From the human T2T-CHM13v2.0 reference genome, Homo sapiens: a stretch of DNA of 64,000 nt. Under the pieces are notes generated by a model that had not been told where the DNA came from, did not search any database, and saw only the letters and a program-made list of their open reading frames with translations. Made by a program: the position numbers and the translations under genes. The DNA is taken from NCBI RefSeq assembly GCF_009914755.1, contig NC_060942.1; one strand, written 5' to 3'. The number at the start of each line of letters is the position of its first letter. Position 1 is the first letter of the stretch. Below, one piece after another: positions 1 to 18,172 of this stretch.

Positions 1-440
1 AAGACAAATAAAACTTTTCTCATGGAGTTTACAATCGAGTGGGCAAGATCAGATCAGACATTGACTGTGGAACAGTAAGGATAAAGAGTGTTAAAAATGT
101 GGACCTGCAGGATGTTGTGGGAGTGCAGCACAGTAGGAGCTTGCCTTACCTGACGTTTCAGGACAGCAATCTCTGGAGAAATGATATTCCAGAAACCTGA
201 TGTATGTGTTGGATACAGCCAAAGTAAAGATAAGGGCTAGTGTGTTTTAGCCAGAGTAATGCATGGACAGGCACTGATATTGCCTGGGTATGTTTGACGA
301 ACAGAAAATAGACCAGCATGACTGAAGGGCAGAGACCTAGGGGGCTCAGGGATAGGGGGAGTTACTGCTTGTAGAAACGGTTTAGGGCTTGGCAATAAGA
401 AATCTTTGAATAATTTTAAGGTGAGAAGAGGCATGGTCAG
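1..440 (-). mobile_element. L2 LINE relic (first part, interrupted by an ERVL element)
   Basis: L2-like motifs (ctcatggagtttacaatc...; ttttaaggtgagaagaggcatggtcag). L2-like sequence resumes in register at about 2614 (ttttaaagatcattctagttgcagtgtgg). Confidence 0.6.
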
Positions 441-905
441 TGAGGCAGATGCTGTCTCTTTGTCCAGCTCTAAGCTCACATGCAGCTGAGATGGACTATT
501 TCCAGACTCACTGGCCACTTCCAATTTCAAGCACCCTCATCCCTCAGCCTTCCTACCTGAGAGTTTTCTTTTGGTGCCAGCACATCTTGCTCAGCTGTCA
601 CGCGAGCTATAGCAAGTATTAGGCATTTGAAGTCATGACCATCGGTTTTCAGCAAAAAATGAGTTAGCAGAATTTTTCTTCCTTCAGTGGGAAAATTCTG
701 AGAAATTTTGACATGGTCCTTCAGAATGCCCTAGGGGGATTAAGCCTCTGTTGTGATCAGAGTCACCTGTTTATTAGCTTCTCCATTTCTCTGGCCTACT
801 TCCTCTACTGTTTCACTTGTGCTTCTTGGATAATATCCTAAATAAACTACCTGCATGGAAGTCCTTATCTCAGGATTTTCTATTTAAGGAACTCAAACTA
901 AGAGG
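441..905 (+). mobile_element. ERVL-class 5' LTR (LTR16-like)
   Basis: Begins TG. Ends aataaactacctgca...ccttatctcagg...ggaactcaaactaaga, which resembles LTR16 3' ends. Confidence 0.55.
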
Positions 906-1664
906 GATAATACCAGAAGTTATATTAAAAAGCAGATTCTAAGAATGGGGTTCCAATTGGAGGACTCACTGGTCATATAGCAACAAAAACTATTGCTAGT
1001 GATGGCGAGTGGGGGTAGTGATAATCCCTGGAGCTTGGAGCATCATATTTACTCAGTCTCCCCTGTGGTGAATTGGGTTGAGGTAAAGATTGAAGCTGAA
1101 CCATTAACTTATGCAACAACTTTTATACTTGAACACATATGGGAGCAATGCTAATTATATGGGTTGTGGAGTTGTCTGGCATGTGTTCACATCTCTAGAA
1201 TCCTTGATGAAAGAAAATAACAGGCTCAGATCCATAACTATCATCCAGGGCACACTTTAAGAACTGGAAAATGTTCTGTAGCCACAGGACAGACTATATT
1301 AAAAAAATATAACAGGAGACGAAAATGTAAAAGAAGATGGAATGCACAATCTGGTAGGTCTCTTATGCAAAAATCAGGGTCCTAATACTTCATTATTCTC
1401 AGAGTCCTAATACTTTATTATAATCTATTACTTTAAGATATTAGGGAGCTCAGTTTTGTAACGGAATCTCTCCTTAATAATATTTGGTTCTTAAGATTCT
1501 GAGACCTAGAATGGGAACTTTTGAGGGGGGATGCACGGTAATATTAAGGCCCCAAAGTCTTATGAGCTCTCTGGATAGGCACAAGTGGCTTCCTTGCCCT
1601 TGTTAAAGGTTAAATGTCCACTAGAGTGAAACTCCACAAATAATGGTGCTCCCATTCCTCAGTG
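906..1664 (+). mobile_element. Degenerate ERVL internal fragment (ERV3-16A3-like leader/gag)
   Basis: taccagaagt...aagcagattctaagaatggggttcc...gtgataatccctgg immediately after the LTR resembles the ERVL leader. No open ORF. Confidence 0.5.
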
Positions 1665-1675
1665 AGACCATTCTA

Positions 1676-1969
<294 letters not shown>

Positions 1970-2114
1970 AAGACCATTCTAATATGTGTTCTGCATGGTT
2001 TCTCAGACAGTGCCCACTGGAACTGAGCTCCATTGCTCATTGTAGTATCCCATTCTGGGCCTGTTGCCACTTCCTGATTCATTTCCCACACCCCCTCACC
2101 TGTGCATCCTGTGA

Positions 2115-2565
<451 letters not shown>

Positions 2566-2613
2566 CCAAGTTCTTTATTAGCATCTATTGTATGAGTAAT
2601 CCATAAAAATACA

Positions 2614-2812
2614 GCAATTTTAAAGATCATTCTAGTTGCAGTGTGGAAAGTCAATTGGAGGGAATTGAGAGTAAATATGGAAAGACCAATAAGAAGAATA
2701 TTTAATATTCCAGGTGAAAGCAGATAGTGGTGTAGACTGGACTTGTGCCATGGTGATAGGCCAGTTCTAGAGATGGAATCAACAATACAAAATTGGTTGT
2801 ATATGGAGGGGA
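2614..2812 (-). mobile_element. L2 relic (continuation)
   Basis: aaagatcattctagttgcagtgtgg...gaaagaccaataagaag...ccaggtgaaag matches recalled L2 3' region motifs. Confidence 0.55.
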
Positions 2813-2925
2813 GAGTTATTTCCATTAGTTTGCTATCTGCAACAGTTTCCCCTTTTGCTATCTTGGAACTTATACCTACCACCCAACCAGCTCTTGGCAC
2901 TGTCTTTTCCAACATTTTTGAAGGG

Positions 2926-3330
2926 TATATTAGTCCGTTTTCACACTGCTATAAAGAACTACCTGAGACTAGGTTGTTTATAAAGAAAAGAGGTTTAATT
3001 GACTCACAGTGTGTAGGCTTAACAGAAAGCATGACTGGGAGGCCTTAGGAAACTTAAAATCATAGCAGAAGGTGAAGGGGAAGTAAGCACATCTTACTGT
3101 GGCAGAGCAGGGTAGAGAGAGAGAGAGAGAGAGAGGGAGAACGAATAGGGAACTGCCACACACTTTTAAACCATCAGATCTCAGGAGAACTCACTCACCA
3201 TCATGAGAACAGCATGGAGGAAACAGCCCTCATGATCCAATCATCACCTCCCACCAGGTCCCTCCCCTGACACGTGGGGATTACAGTTCAACATGAGATT
3301 TGGGTGGGGACACAGAGCCAAACCATATCA
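2926..3330 (-). mobile_element. MaLR solo LTR (THE1D/MSTA-like)
   Basis: tattagtccgttttcacactgctataaag...gagatttgggtggggacacagagccaaaccatatca. 5-bp TSD aaggg/aaggc. Confidence 0.9.
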
Positions 3331-4207
3331 AAGGCCATCTTAGCTCTGAACACACATCCATTTTTAAGATTTTACTAATTATTTCCCGATTTCTCCTGAA
3401 ATCAACTGTAATGTATACTTGGATTACCACAGATTATCACCCATCAGATTTCATTTAGGCCCACCTTGCCTTTTAGATCATTTCTTAATGCTTCCTGCTG
3501 GGTGCATCCTCAGTTTCCTGTTTAACTCTAGTGGTTCTTTCTTGATTCTCAGTCTGGCTCTACATGGTCAGGCATCCCTAATCAGAACAAACCTCAGCTC
3601 AAAATAAATAACCGATCACCGTCAATTACATTCCTACCAGTCTCAACTACTTCCTCTATCAAGTGGTCTCAATTCATGCACCTGTTCAAGCTGATGATGT
3701 GCACTGGTCTCTGAGAATACACCATTTTTCTTAAAACAGGATGTTTCTTAGAGGTAATAATGTTATTTTTCTCGATAAATGAGACAGCTTGAATGCTTCA
3801 AAAGAATAACAGTGTAGCTCTGCCTACCTCCTCTCTTAGACCCCACCTCCTTGCTGGAGTTGATAAGCCCTCTGTTTGGCTGAGAACACAATTCTCTCTC
3901 TTCAACTTTTTACAACATCATGGCAACTCTGTCCCCTTACATCTGGTGCCTAAAATGTATGGTTCTCGCTCTTTACCATATCTCAAAATATCTTCACTTA
4001 GAAGTCCCTGTGAGTGAATTTAGTAAGGAACTGACTACAAGCCAGGATCTAGGAAAATCTTGTTGAAGATCTCTGATATTTGTAAAGAACTGTGGGTTGA
4101 AGCAAGTAAGAAATACATGTGTAAAATGGTAAGTAGTAAAAATGATACAAATAGCAATTAAAGGAGAAATGTCCCAAGTATATGAATAAACACCTTGCAC
4201 TCTACCT

Positions 4208-4567
4208 GTGGCAGCTGCCTGGAAATGTCCATGTCCTCTTCTTTCTGGCCACATGACTAGATGACATTTTCAATTTCCCATGAAGTTAGAAATGGCATGT
4301 GACTGAGTTCTCACCAATGGAATTGTGAGTAAATGTGATATTCTCCATCTCAAATTCTGGCTAGCTCTCTTATTAGTGCCTCTCCATCCTCTGTCCCCTT
4401 CTGGTGAGCTGGAATGCAGACCACCGCCAAGGCCACCTTAAAGGCCACTCACTGAAGAGCACTGACTCTTTGTCTCCTAGGTCACTTGGATTTGCTGACC
4501 TTGATGACCAGTAAACTGGCTCAATACTGTTCTCTGAGCAAGAAATAAACTTCTATGTTTAAGCCAC
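4208..4567 (+). mobile_element. Old MaLR LTR (MLT1J/I-like)
   Basis: gttagaaatggcatgtgactgagttct...ccaatggaat and gagcaagaaataaacttctatgtttaagccac. Confidence 0.65.
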
Positions 4568-5254
4568 AAAAGTTTTTTAAAACTGAAAAGATGAAGAGTT
4601 TATTTTAGGCTGAATATTCTAAAATATCCTTTTTAGGATATATGGATTTTAACTGGGCACTCCTGAAGGATGGGGTAGGGCTTGAATTCAATTGAAGTAC
4701 AAGTTGATATTCAATATATGTGACAAAATAAGATAAAAATCCAAGAAGAATTTGTGCAAATAGGTGCGAAGGGGCAGGAAGAAAATAAATTTGATTAGAG
4801 TAGCAAGATCTTCAGAATGGTTCAAAGCAAGGGTGGATAATAGGATTGAGTTAGATTGTGAAAGACCTTCCATATCTGGAAAAATAGTTTAATTTTATAA
4901 TGTTGGCAATATATACATATTTGAAAAAATGAACAATGCTCTGACACAATAAAGTGTTATACTAAGAAAATTAATCTTGCAAACATATAATAGTTTGAGG
5001 CCAAAATGAACTCTTTCTGGAAGTGCAAATAAGAGGCTCCTGAAATAATTTTACATGAATTACAAGATCAAGAATGTTAGGAAGAAAACAGAAATGGCTA
5101 CTTTACCCATGGAGATAAGACTTTTGTCTTTTAATTAGTCAAATCTAATTCTAAATCTTGAGGATCGTCTTCTGTTTTGTCAGTAAAAGTTAAAAGGCAG
5201 AAGCAATCAATTTGATCTGTCTCTCAACATGGCCAAGGATTTGCCTAATTATTT

Positions 5255-5510
5255 ATTTTATTTCATTTTTTATTATACTTTAAGTTCTGGGGTACATGTG
5301 CAGAACGTGCAGGTTTGTTACGTAGGTATACACTGTGCCATGGTGGTTTGCTGCCCCCATCAACCCGTCATCTACATTAGGTATTTCTCCTAATGCTGTC
5401 CCTCCCCTAGCCCCCCGACCACCTGACAGGCCCCATTGTGTGATGTTCCCCTCCCTGTGTCTATGTATTCTCATTGTTCAACTCCCACTTATGAGTGAAA
5501 ACATGCGGTG
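5255..5510 (-). mobile_element. 5'-truncated L1 3' end (L1PA7-like)
   Basis: L1 3'UTR in antisense. Perfect 15-bp TSD tttgcctaattattt at 5240-5254 and 5511-5525. Confidence 0.92.
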
Positions 5511-6664
5511 TTTGCCTAATTATTTTTATGAAATTATGCACATGTATTCTTTGGAAGAACTAAGATTGCTTGACCAGCATTTATAATTTTCCTTTTACTC
5601 ATAGTGCTTTTAGTCTGATGGGAAAAAATAACATTCCAAGAGCAATTACTTAATTACAATGGTGTCTAAATGCTTACAGGTCAGGTTATAGGAAGGCACA
5701 ACAGTGTACAACTTGAGGTTTTAATGGGAGGTAAGGGGCAGGATGGCATTCACAGACATTGATTCTCGGTAAGCATCATCAATTGTTTAAGTCATGAGGT
5801 CAAAAAGTATTAGGGGTGGGAAATATCAAAGAGCTAGACATACTTAAAGGGGCAAGTGACACACTATGAAGGAAACAAACAAAAAAAACCCACAGATAAA
5901 TCCAGAGGAAATAAGCAATTCAATAACTACTTAGCTCATTGAACTTTCTTTAGTGTGGAGAACAAGAGTTTAATGTCAAGGGAAATAAAGTAGGATAAGA
6001 AATCATAAAACTGATTTTCAAGTACACGTATTTAAATCCATTAGAGCTTCCCTATTTCGGAAACTGATCAGACAGTGGTTAAATAAATGCGATGAATAGC
6101 ACTGGTGTCCTCAGTGATGTACTTAGAACCATTTAAATGCTTGTTATTAGGCTGCCGTTATATTTATTAGGAAGAAAAACAAAACTCTTGTAGCAGACTA
6201 ATGCATCTTACCTTGATTTCCTTGTAAATCCCCTCCTCTCTGTTTAGCTTAAGTCTTCATTTCCTCACTTTAATTCTCACATTACTCATAGTTGATTCTT
6301 CTTAAAATAGGTTGTTTTTTAGCATGATCATCTGGAACCAATTTAGGCAAAAGTGTTTGTACATAAGCCCAGGTCTTTGATGTCCAAAGACTTTAAAAAT
6401 GATTAATGTGGGTCAGCTAAATATTGCACTGATCAATGCGAGAAAGCAGAGACAAGAAGAACAAATAAACATCCAACTCTCATTGTGAGAACACAGATAG
6501 GGGATCTGTATCTCAGTAGCCCTCCACAACCATCCACTTCCTAGAGTACAAGGCCATAGGATTTATGCTTACACATTCCCTCAGTATAATCTGTTGATTA
6601 TATAAGTCTTTTCTATGTTTATTTATTAAAAGGCAAGAAAGCCTTAGGATGTACAATTTGCCAC

Positions 6665-8058
6665 GTTTATTATTTGTTCATTATTTTTTGAATGCCTACC
6701 TTGTATTAAGTGTGAAGGTGGGTCTTGGGTAAACTTCAGTGGGAAGATAACTATCATCATTTTTCATGGAATTTATATATAGTGAGGAAACAGATGGTAA
6801 ATAAGTAACAATAATAAACTGGGAAATGTGTTATAATGGGGGAATGCAGGGTGGTGTTCAGGCATGTACTAAGGAATTTATGCTCTTCAGTGGGCTAGAG
6901 AAGTTCTTCCTGAGAAACTTATGCTTCAATTGAGACTTGGAGGAACAGTTGAATTAGCCAGAAGAAGGTGAAGTGAAGAGGAGGATTCTTGGCAGAAAGA
7001 AAATTGTTGGCCAAGAACATGAACAGCTGAGGGAGATGGGAGGGAGTGAAAGAATTTCAGTACATTTTGAGAGTAAAATATGTGTCAACATATCCAGAAA
7101 TCAATCTGGAGATGAATCTATAGGTAGAGACCATATAGTAAACTCAAGGCCTTAAGTTGGATTTTATCTTAGTAGCAATGAAAAAATTGTTGAAGAATCT
7201 CAAGCAGGGAGTGGCATGATGTCATAGGGTAGACAGCGGATTAACAGCAAGGAGGAAGGGAGGTTGGGAGACATGGTAGTTTTTGCAGTATATGAGAGAG
7301 ATGGCGTGTGCATGCACTAGGGATAAACAGTCTGAATGGAGAGAACTGTGCAAATCCAAGGGCTACTTAGAAGGCAGACCCACTGCATGTCTAAGAGGGT
7401 GGGAGCTGATGTGACCTCCACGTATCTGGTTCAAGAAGTGGATAAATGGGATTTTTTTGCTAAAACAAAGGCACTCAAGGGAATGAGAAAGTTTGAAGGG
7501 AGAAATGATTGGTTTTATCTTGAATAGATACTACCTCCAAGTGTGACTTTTCAGTATCTAGTTATGTCTTCATGTCTGAAACTCAAAAGACACATCTGGA
7601 CTGGTGTGTTTGTGTGCACAGTCTATTACACATATATTTGGGAAATATCACAGATAGAAGATAATTCAAGCCTTAATAATAAATGTGATCACTGTAGTTG
7701 ATTGTGCCCCATAAACAGGGTAGATGAGAATCCTAAACAATGTTTAAGTGATTGGTAGATGAAAAGAACCTGTAAAGGAGATGGAGGGAGGGGTGGATCA
7801 GGAGGAAGGAGAAGACCAAGAAATGTTGTCCACAAAGCAAAAGGCATAGTGTTAGAAGAAGCAAGGTACCTCTAAAATGTTAGCAAAAGTAAGGACCAAA
7901 AGGGATCATTTGGACATCACATTAGCTGTTACTGATGACTTCAGGAAAAGAAATTTCAGTAGATGGATGGGAATAGACGTCAGAGTTCAGTGAGGTGTTA
8001 AGAATTAGGGAGTGTCAGCACAGAAACTGGAAGTATTGGATTAATGAAAAGAAGTTTG
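6665..8058 (-). mobile_element. L2 LINE relic, target of the first full-length L1
   Basis: ttcattatttttgaatgcctac tail and purine-rich L2 motifs (caagcagggagtggcatgat). Continues briefly after 14214. Confidence 0.65.
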
Positions 8059-9088
8059 GGACTTGGCTTTTTGAGGCGGTTCCAAGATGGCCAAATAGGA
8101 ACAGCTCCAGTCTACAGCTCCTAGCATGAGCGACGCAGAAGACAGGTGATTTCTGCATTTCCAACTGAGGTACTAGGTTCATCTCACTGGGGCTTGTCGG
8201 ACAGTGGGTGCAGCCCACCGAGCGTGAGCCAAAGCAGGGTGAGGCGTAGCCTCAGCTGGGAAGCACAAGAGGTCAGGGAATTCCCCTTCCTAGCCAAGCG
8301 AAGCATCTATTCCAGATAGATGGCATCTGGAAAATCAGGTCACTCCCACCCTAATACTGCGCTTTTCCAATGGTCTTAGCAAACGGCACACCAGGAGATT
8401 ATTTCCCATGCCTGGCTCGGAGGGTCCCACACCCACGGAGCCTCGCTCATTGCTAGCACAGCAGTCTCAGATTGAACTGCAAGGTGGCAGCAAGGCTGGC
8501 GGAGGGGCGCCCACCATTGCTGAGCCTTGAGTAGGTAAACAAAGTGGCTGGGAAGCTCGAACTGGGTGGAGCCCACTACAGCTCAAGGATGCCTGCCTGC
8601 CTCTGTACACTCCATCTCTGGGGGCAGGGCATAGCCAAACAAAAGGCAGCAGAAACCTCTGCAGACTTAAATGTCCCTGTCTGACAGCTGTGAAGACAGT
8701 AGTGGTTCTCCCAGCATGGAGATTCAGAGATGAGAATGGACAGACTGCCACCTCAAGTGGGTCCCTGACCCCCGAGTAGCCTAACTGGGAGGCACCCCCC
8801 AGTAGGGGCAGACCAACACCTCACACAGCCGGGTACGGCTCTGAGATGAAGCTTCCAGAGGAATGATCAGGCAGCAACATTTGTTCAGCAATATTCGCTG
8901 TCCCGCAGCCTTCGCTGCTCATACCCAGGCAAACAGGGTCTGGAGTGGACCTCCAGCAAACGTCAACAGACCTGCAGCTGAAGGTCCTGACTGTTAGAAG
9001 GAAAACTAACAAACAGAAAGGATATCCACACCAAAACCCCATCTGTACATCACCATCATCAAAGACCAAGGTAGATAAAACCACAAAG

Positions 9089-10100
9089 ATGGGGAAAAAA
9101 CACAGCAGAAAAGCTGAAAATTCTAAAAATCAGAGCACCTCTCCCTCTCCAAAGGAACACAGCTCCTCACCGGCAACGGAACAAAGCTGGTTGGAGAAAG
9201 GCTTTGACAAGTTGAGAGAAGAAGGCTTCAGACGATCAAACTTCGCCGAGCTAAAGGAGGAAGCTCGAAGCCATCACAAAGAAGCTAAAAACCTTGAAAA
9301 AAGATTAGACGAATGGCTAACTAGATAAGCAGTGTAGAGAAGTCCTTAAATGACCTGATGGAGCTGAAAACCATGGCACGAGAACTACGTGATGAATGCA
9401 CAAGCTTCAGTAGCCGATTCAATCAACTGGAAGAAAGGGTATCAGTGATTGAAGATCAAATGAATGAAATGAAGTGAAAAGAGAAGTTTGGAGAAAAAAG
9501 AGTAGAAAGAAACGAATAAAGCCTTCAAGAAATATGGGACTATGTGAAAAGACCCAATCTACATCTGATTGGTGTATCTGAAAGTGACTGGAAAAATGGA
9601 ATCAAGTTGGAAAACACTCTGCAGGATATTATCCGGGAGAACATCCCCAACCTAGCAAGGCAGGGCAACATTCAAATTCAGGAAATACAGAGAACGCCAC
9701 AAAGATACTCCTCGAGAAGAGCAACTCCAAGATACATAATTGTCAGATTCACCAAAGTTGGAATGAAGGAAAAAATGTTAAGGGCAGCCAGAGAGAAAGG
9801 TCGGGTTACCCTCAAAGGGAAGCCCATCAGACTGACAGTGGATCTCTTGGCAGAAACTCTACAAGCCAGAAGAGAGCGGGGGCCAATATCCGACATTCTT
9901 AAAGAATTTTCAACCCAGAGTTTCATATCCAGCCAAACTAAGCTTCATAAGTGAAGGAGAAATAAAATCCTTTACAGAAAACCAAATGCTGTGAGATTTT
10001 TGTCACCACCAGGCCTGCCCTAAAAGAGCTCCTGAAGGAAGCACTAAACATGGAAAGGAACAACCAATACCAGCCACTGCAAAAACATGCCAAATTGTAA
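9089..10100 (+). pseudogene. L1 ORF1, disrupted
   Basis: MGKKHSRK... start; premature stops (e.g. TAA 9326-9328) and a frameshift near 9905. Confidence 0.93.
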
Positions 10101-10163
10101 AGATCATCAATGCTAGGAAGAAACTGCATCAACTAACGAGCAAAATAACTAGCTAACATCATA

Positions 10164-13991
<3,828 letters not shown>

Positions 13992-15523
13992 ATAATGAGA
14001 ACACTTGGACACAGGAAGGGGAACATCACACACCAGGACCTGTTGGGTAGGGTGAGGGGGGACGGATAGCATTAGGAGATATGCCTAATGTAAATGACAA
14101 GTTAATGGGTGCAGCACACTAACATGCCACATGTATACATATGTAACAAACCTGCATGTTGTGCACATGTATCCTAGAACTTAAAGTATGATTAAAAAAA
14201 AAAAAAGAAGTTTGAAGATACAGAAGAGAGAATGGGCAATGGATGTAAAGAGCTTGAGCAACTTATCCATAGGTGAAACAAAGGGCTCTGATACTATAGG
14301 CTGGGGTCTGCAGTGCCAGGGGTGGGGTCCCCATGTCTCCCAGTCTTTGACATGGAGAACTTGAAAGTTGCCAAAGTGAGGTTCGGCACATTTGTGGATG
14401 GGGTCATGGGATATTTCGAGAGAAAAGTAGTTGAGTTTCAGACATTTCCATTTTGAGGACTCATGAATGAGATCATTGAACAAAAATGATAGCAAAAACC
14501 ACTCCCAGGGGAAATGCACCATGCAGCAGGGGATAGGGAGGGCCAAGTCTAGAGCTTCAGTTGTTAAGCATAGCTGCTGCTACCAAACAGCATTTGACTA
14601 AGGCTGGAAACTGTTGGCACAGCTGGAGCTTGGTCATTTTCAGAAATAGCTTTGTTTGAAGCCTTAGCAAGCGAAAGTAAGCACTTCGGAAACGATAAAG
14701 TCATTTGAAAAATATCCCTCCCAAGTTGAATATAAACTGCTTTTATATTCAACTTGGTAATTCTCAAAATAAGTTTTTTAAACCAAAGGTTTGCTGTAGT
14801 TGTGGAGCTGAACTTACTGAGAGCCTTTTTGTTTCTTTAAGCTATTGTCTGAAATTGAGAACGAAATTATTAAAAATAAAGGATTTATTTCAAAAAAAAA
14901 AAAAAAAAAAAAGAAAAATATCCCTCCCAACACTCTTTTCTCTTATATTCTATTAGTTTTTTTCTTATATATTTTCTCTTACATTATATTTACATAACTA
15001 TCATAATTTGGAGCTATCAGAATAGCAAGAGGTATTATAAAAACACAATTAGCTTTGGGGTAAAAGATTAAATATAGAGTACGTTTTTCTGTGATGTTTT
15101 AAATAATCCCCACTTTAATGTATTGAATGCCAACACCAAAGTTTATAAGCATCATAAATGATCTATTACATTAAGAATAATATGATAGGAAAAGTTGTTT
15201 TTTTTTTTTTTTACTAATTTGATGATTTTTCAGTGGTCATTAACTAACACGTACTGTATAATATAACAAATTTAGATTTTATGTAAGGATTTGTGTATAT
15301 TGTTAATCATGATCCAAACTTCAGTCCTCGTGGTGTTTCTGGGCTTTGCTGCTATTTTTGCCCTTGGAGGTAGTGAAGACAGTCAGTGTTCCCCACATGG
15401 ATTTTCCTACATGAGGGCCTGTAGCTGTCTTTGAAGCAGAGTGGTCAGTCTTTTCTCTTGCTTGTTTAACACACTTCCATTTGAGACCATGGAAAGTTTG
15501 GGAAGTTCTTTGTGTGTTAGTGA

Positions 15524-15885
<362 letters not shown>

Positions 15886-17739
15886 GAGTGATACTATATT
15901 CTATCCAGCAAATGATACACCTCTGAAAATGTCACGTGGATGAGGTTAGAAAGCCTATTGGCGGCAAGGCTAGTGCTCTGCTAAATCCTAACCAGTTTCT
16001 GAATCTAATCCATTCTGTTTTATCAATTATCTATCAAGCCTCGGCACTTTTAATGTATGCAATCATTAAAATAGCAGTCTATTGCCATGCAAGTCTAGAG
16101 AATGAAGTTCCTGGGAAGATTTTTTACCTTCACTAATAGCACTCATTTACCTAGCTGTTGTTCCCAACAACAGAAACATCCCCAAACAACTTTCTTGTCC
16201 TTTAACAACGTCTGAATGTTTCAATAAAAGTTAAAGTGAAGTAGCAGATGAGAATGATGATATTTTAAATATTTTTTCATAGTTTGGCACATTTGCCCCT
16301 GGGGCAAACTGCACCGAAGGAGACTTTATAGAAGTAGAATGAACACATAATGTCCTTTGAATGCGAATTTATTAGCATTTCTCTGGGGGTCAGAAAACAT
16401 ACACAAAGCAGCTCTTTTATGTTGTGGAAATTTTTACACCAGTTTTTGGTATAGAGATATGTACATGTTTGTGTATTTCCAGAAAGAAGCTACTGGCCAG
16501 TGCTCAGGAGGCCTGGTTCTTGGTGGCGTTTAAAAAAAATTATTCATAAGAAACTAAATGATTGATTGAACATTCAGATGTTTTACAGTTCTATAAAAAG
16601 ACCCTCCATGGTAAATTTTCTGTTGTTAAAACATTGCTAAAAATCATTTTACTCCTTTTAATTAAATGCGTTTAGCATTGTCTGAGTAGTGCAATGATTC
16701 TGACTCGACTGGTTTCAGGTCATTCTGTCACATATGAACAGTGTTCAACAGAGCTCCAGGTTCTGTTTCTTTTTGAACACATCCGAGAAACCAGGTTTAT
16801 GTGGCTGCAGAGGATCTAGTTCCCATGTAGTGCCTGTAAAGGAGGTCAAGGCCCATATCTGCCCAAATGCTGTTTAACTAGTTCTGTACTTAAATAAAGC
16901 TAGGGCAGGCTTCAGCAAAAGCAGGATATTGAGAAAGTGGGACCCACTGCAGCAGCTGGGTGGTAAAGGATGGCAGTAAACACCATTTGAGAGGAGAAGC
17001 CCAGGCACACCTACTCTCAGCACGCATTTAGTTTTATTGAGCACTACTCTGATATCTTAAACCAAGAACCATACATCTCATATATGTGTCTTCCCTTGAC
17101 ACCCCTTGTGAGGTAAGTAGGTAGAAAGGTAGACAGATAGTTCTGAAGGCTGCTTTCATTGGGATTGGGGTTTGGAGAGGGTTGTTTAATATATGTTTAT
17201 CTTTTAATATATTTTACTATATATTTTTAGTCATAAGTTAGTCTTTTCAATATCTATGGTAAAATTTACCAGGAACTAGATGAAATAAAAAGAGTAGACC
17301 TTTTAAATGGATGAAGATCCAGGATTAGATCTGAAGTTTATTTACCATTATCAGTGGAACGCTACCATGGATCCAAAGCCTGTGTGTTTTGCTGTATAGT
17401 CAACATGTTGTGTTTTTCTGGGAAGTCAGAATTATAATTTTTTAAAGACATATTTAAACTGTAAGCTCAGAAGTTTAAAATAAAAAGCTTTAGCATTGAT
17501 AGGTAGCTACAAATTTTGACTACATGTATTTACCACCATAGAACCTTATTAAATTTTCTGACAGGCCTCCTCAGAAACAGTGCTCTCAACATTTCTCCAC
17601 AAGTTACTGGCAGCAATTGGATAACTATGCTTCAGATTCCTTCTCTTGAGTTCTTGGGCAAGCATTCTGGCTTTCTTCTGATTTGATGAATATCGAAAAG
17701 ATGTTCTTGAATATTTCATCTTCTGTCTGTCATCCTTTA

Positions 17740-18172
17740 TCTTTGACTTTTCTTGTTTTCTCCAACTTTGCATTCAGTTTGTCAGCAAATACTGGTAGCT
17801 ACACCTTATAGTAAATTCTGAATTCCACCACTGCTCACTACCCCCACACTCTTTTAAGTCACCATTATTTAATGAAACTACTTCCTATTTGGCCTCTCTG
17901 ATTCTACTCTCAAACCCTCCCAGGTCCCACTGACAGTCTAATCTAGCTACAATAATAATAATCTTTTTATGCTCAAAATTGTTGCTTCCTTCTTTGAAAC
18001 CTTCCAAGAAATTTCCATCCATAATCCTTGTTTTAGACTATTAGATGCATAAGTACAATGTCACCTCCACAGCAGCAGAGGTGGCAATTATTTGGTTATC
18101 ATTGTCTCCTCAATGCTTAGCATAAAGCCTAGGCCATAACAGGAGCTTAATAAGTCATTGTTGAATGAAAGT
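17740..18172 (+). mobile_element. L2 3' relic
   Basis: Ends atgcttagcataaagcctagg...cttaataagtcattgttgaatgaa, a typical L2 tail. Confidence 0.6.

Noticed and set aside
9472-9477. Shared ORF1 TGA stop (aagtga) in copies A and B as evidence of common descent
   Set aside because: It is a CGA-to-TGA CpG transition that recurs independently, so it was not counted.
16292-16308. Palindrome tttgcccc-t-ggggcaaa
   Set aside because: An 8-bp arm inverted repeat is expected by chance in 64 kb and has no supporting context.
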